From Staphylothermus hellenicus DSM 12710 (GTDB lineage Archaea; Thermoproteota; Thermoprotei_A; Sulfolobales; Desulfurococcaceae), in contig NC_014205.1 of the NCBI RefSeq assembly GCF_000092465.1, forward strand, positions 1,470,001 through 1,502,000: DNA of 32,000 nucleotides, given 5' to 3'. Below are positions 31,991-32,000 of this stretch, one piece after another; the stretch's first letter is position 1, and the number at the start of each line of letters is the position of its first letter. The notes beneath the pieces were generated by a model. The model was not told where the DNA came from. It saw only the letters and a program-made list of their open reading frames with translations, and did no database searches. The position numbers and the translations under genes were made by a program.

Positions 31991-32000
31991 CTCCCTAAAG

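Noticed and set aside
1-32000. Scan for CRISPR arrays, IS elements, integrases, long direct or inverted repeats and prophage-like genes
   Set aside because: Nothing was found. There are no regularly spaced repeats or transposase/integrase-like ORFs, and the one tRNA gene has no adjacent integrase or duplicated 3' half. The window looks like core chromosome.

Overview
This is a gene-dense, AT-rich chromosomal segment from an archaeon. The gene set points to a hyperthermophilic crenarchaeote of the Desulfurococcales/Sulfolobales type. That call is an inference from gene content (thermosome, PAN, TFE, aMBF1, Trm56, Rpo8-like, bifunctional FBP aldolase/phosphatase, ABCE1, an intron-containing tRNA, an unlinked 5S rRNA) and from RNA genes standing out as GC-rich islands. 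In order, the window holds: a truncated TrxR-like flavoprotein; a pstSCAB-phoU phosphate-uptake operon with a divergent AbrB-PhoU regulator; an aldo/keto reductase; and a tightly overlapping minus-strand cluster mbf1-hflX-trm56-tfe-C5 methyltransferase-150 aa ORF. Next come PAN, a PUA protein, a PAC2/Pba-like proteasome chaperone and a PUA-less archaeosine TGT. These are followed by an Sm-like protein, an Rpo8-like protein, a 116-aa ORF plus a HerA/FtsK-like ATPase, the thermosome, S17e and a Cgi121-like protein. After a triplet-repeat tract come a TFS/RpoM-like half protein, ABCE1, fbp-tpiA, tRNA-Thr(CGU) with an intron, and a DUF1805-membrane-pyk operon. The window ends with small membrane and Trp-rich proteins, 5S rRNA, a DUF1512-like/Zn-ribbon pair, MetAP, an MBL-fold hydrolase and a GC-rich structured RNA at the right edge. 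I saw no CRISPR array, transposase, integrase or obvious defence island. Many genes use TTG or GTG starts with GGTGA/GGAGG-type Shine-Dalgarno motifs, and several ORF-track starts look over-extended. The best candidates for something new are four. (1) A C5 cytosine methyltransferase with off-consensus motifs sits inside a translation/RNA-modification operon, coupled to a 150-aa unknown ORF. (2) A 116-aa ORF is paired with a HerA-like ATPase that has no room for the usual N-terminal barrel domain. (3) An unannotated RNA at 31915-31990 folds as an H/ACA guide sRNA. (4) A GAA/TGG repeat tract is open in two minus-strand frames (Glu/Trp-rich and Arg-rich micro-ORFs). All functional calls rest on motif recognition by eye; no database search was possible.
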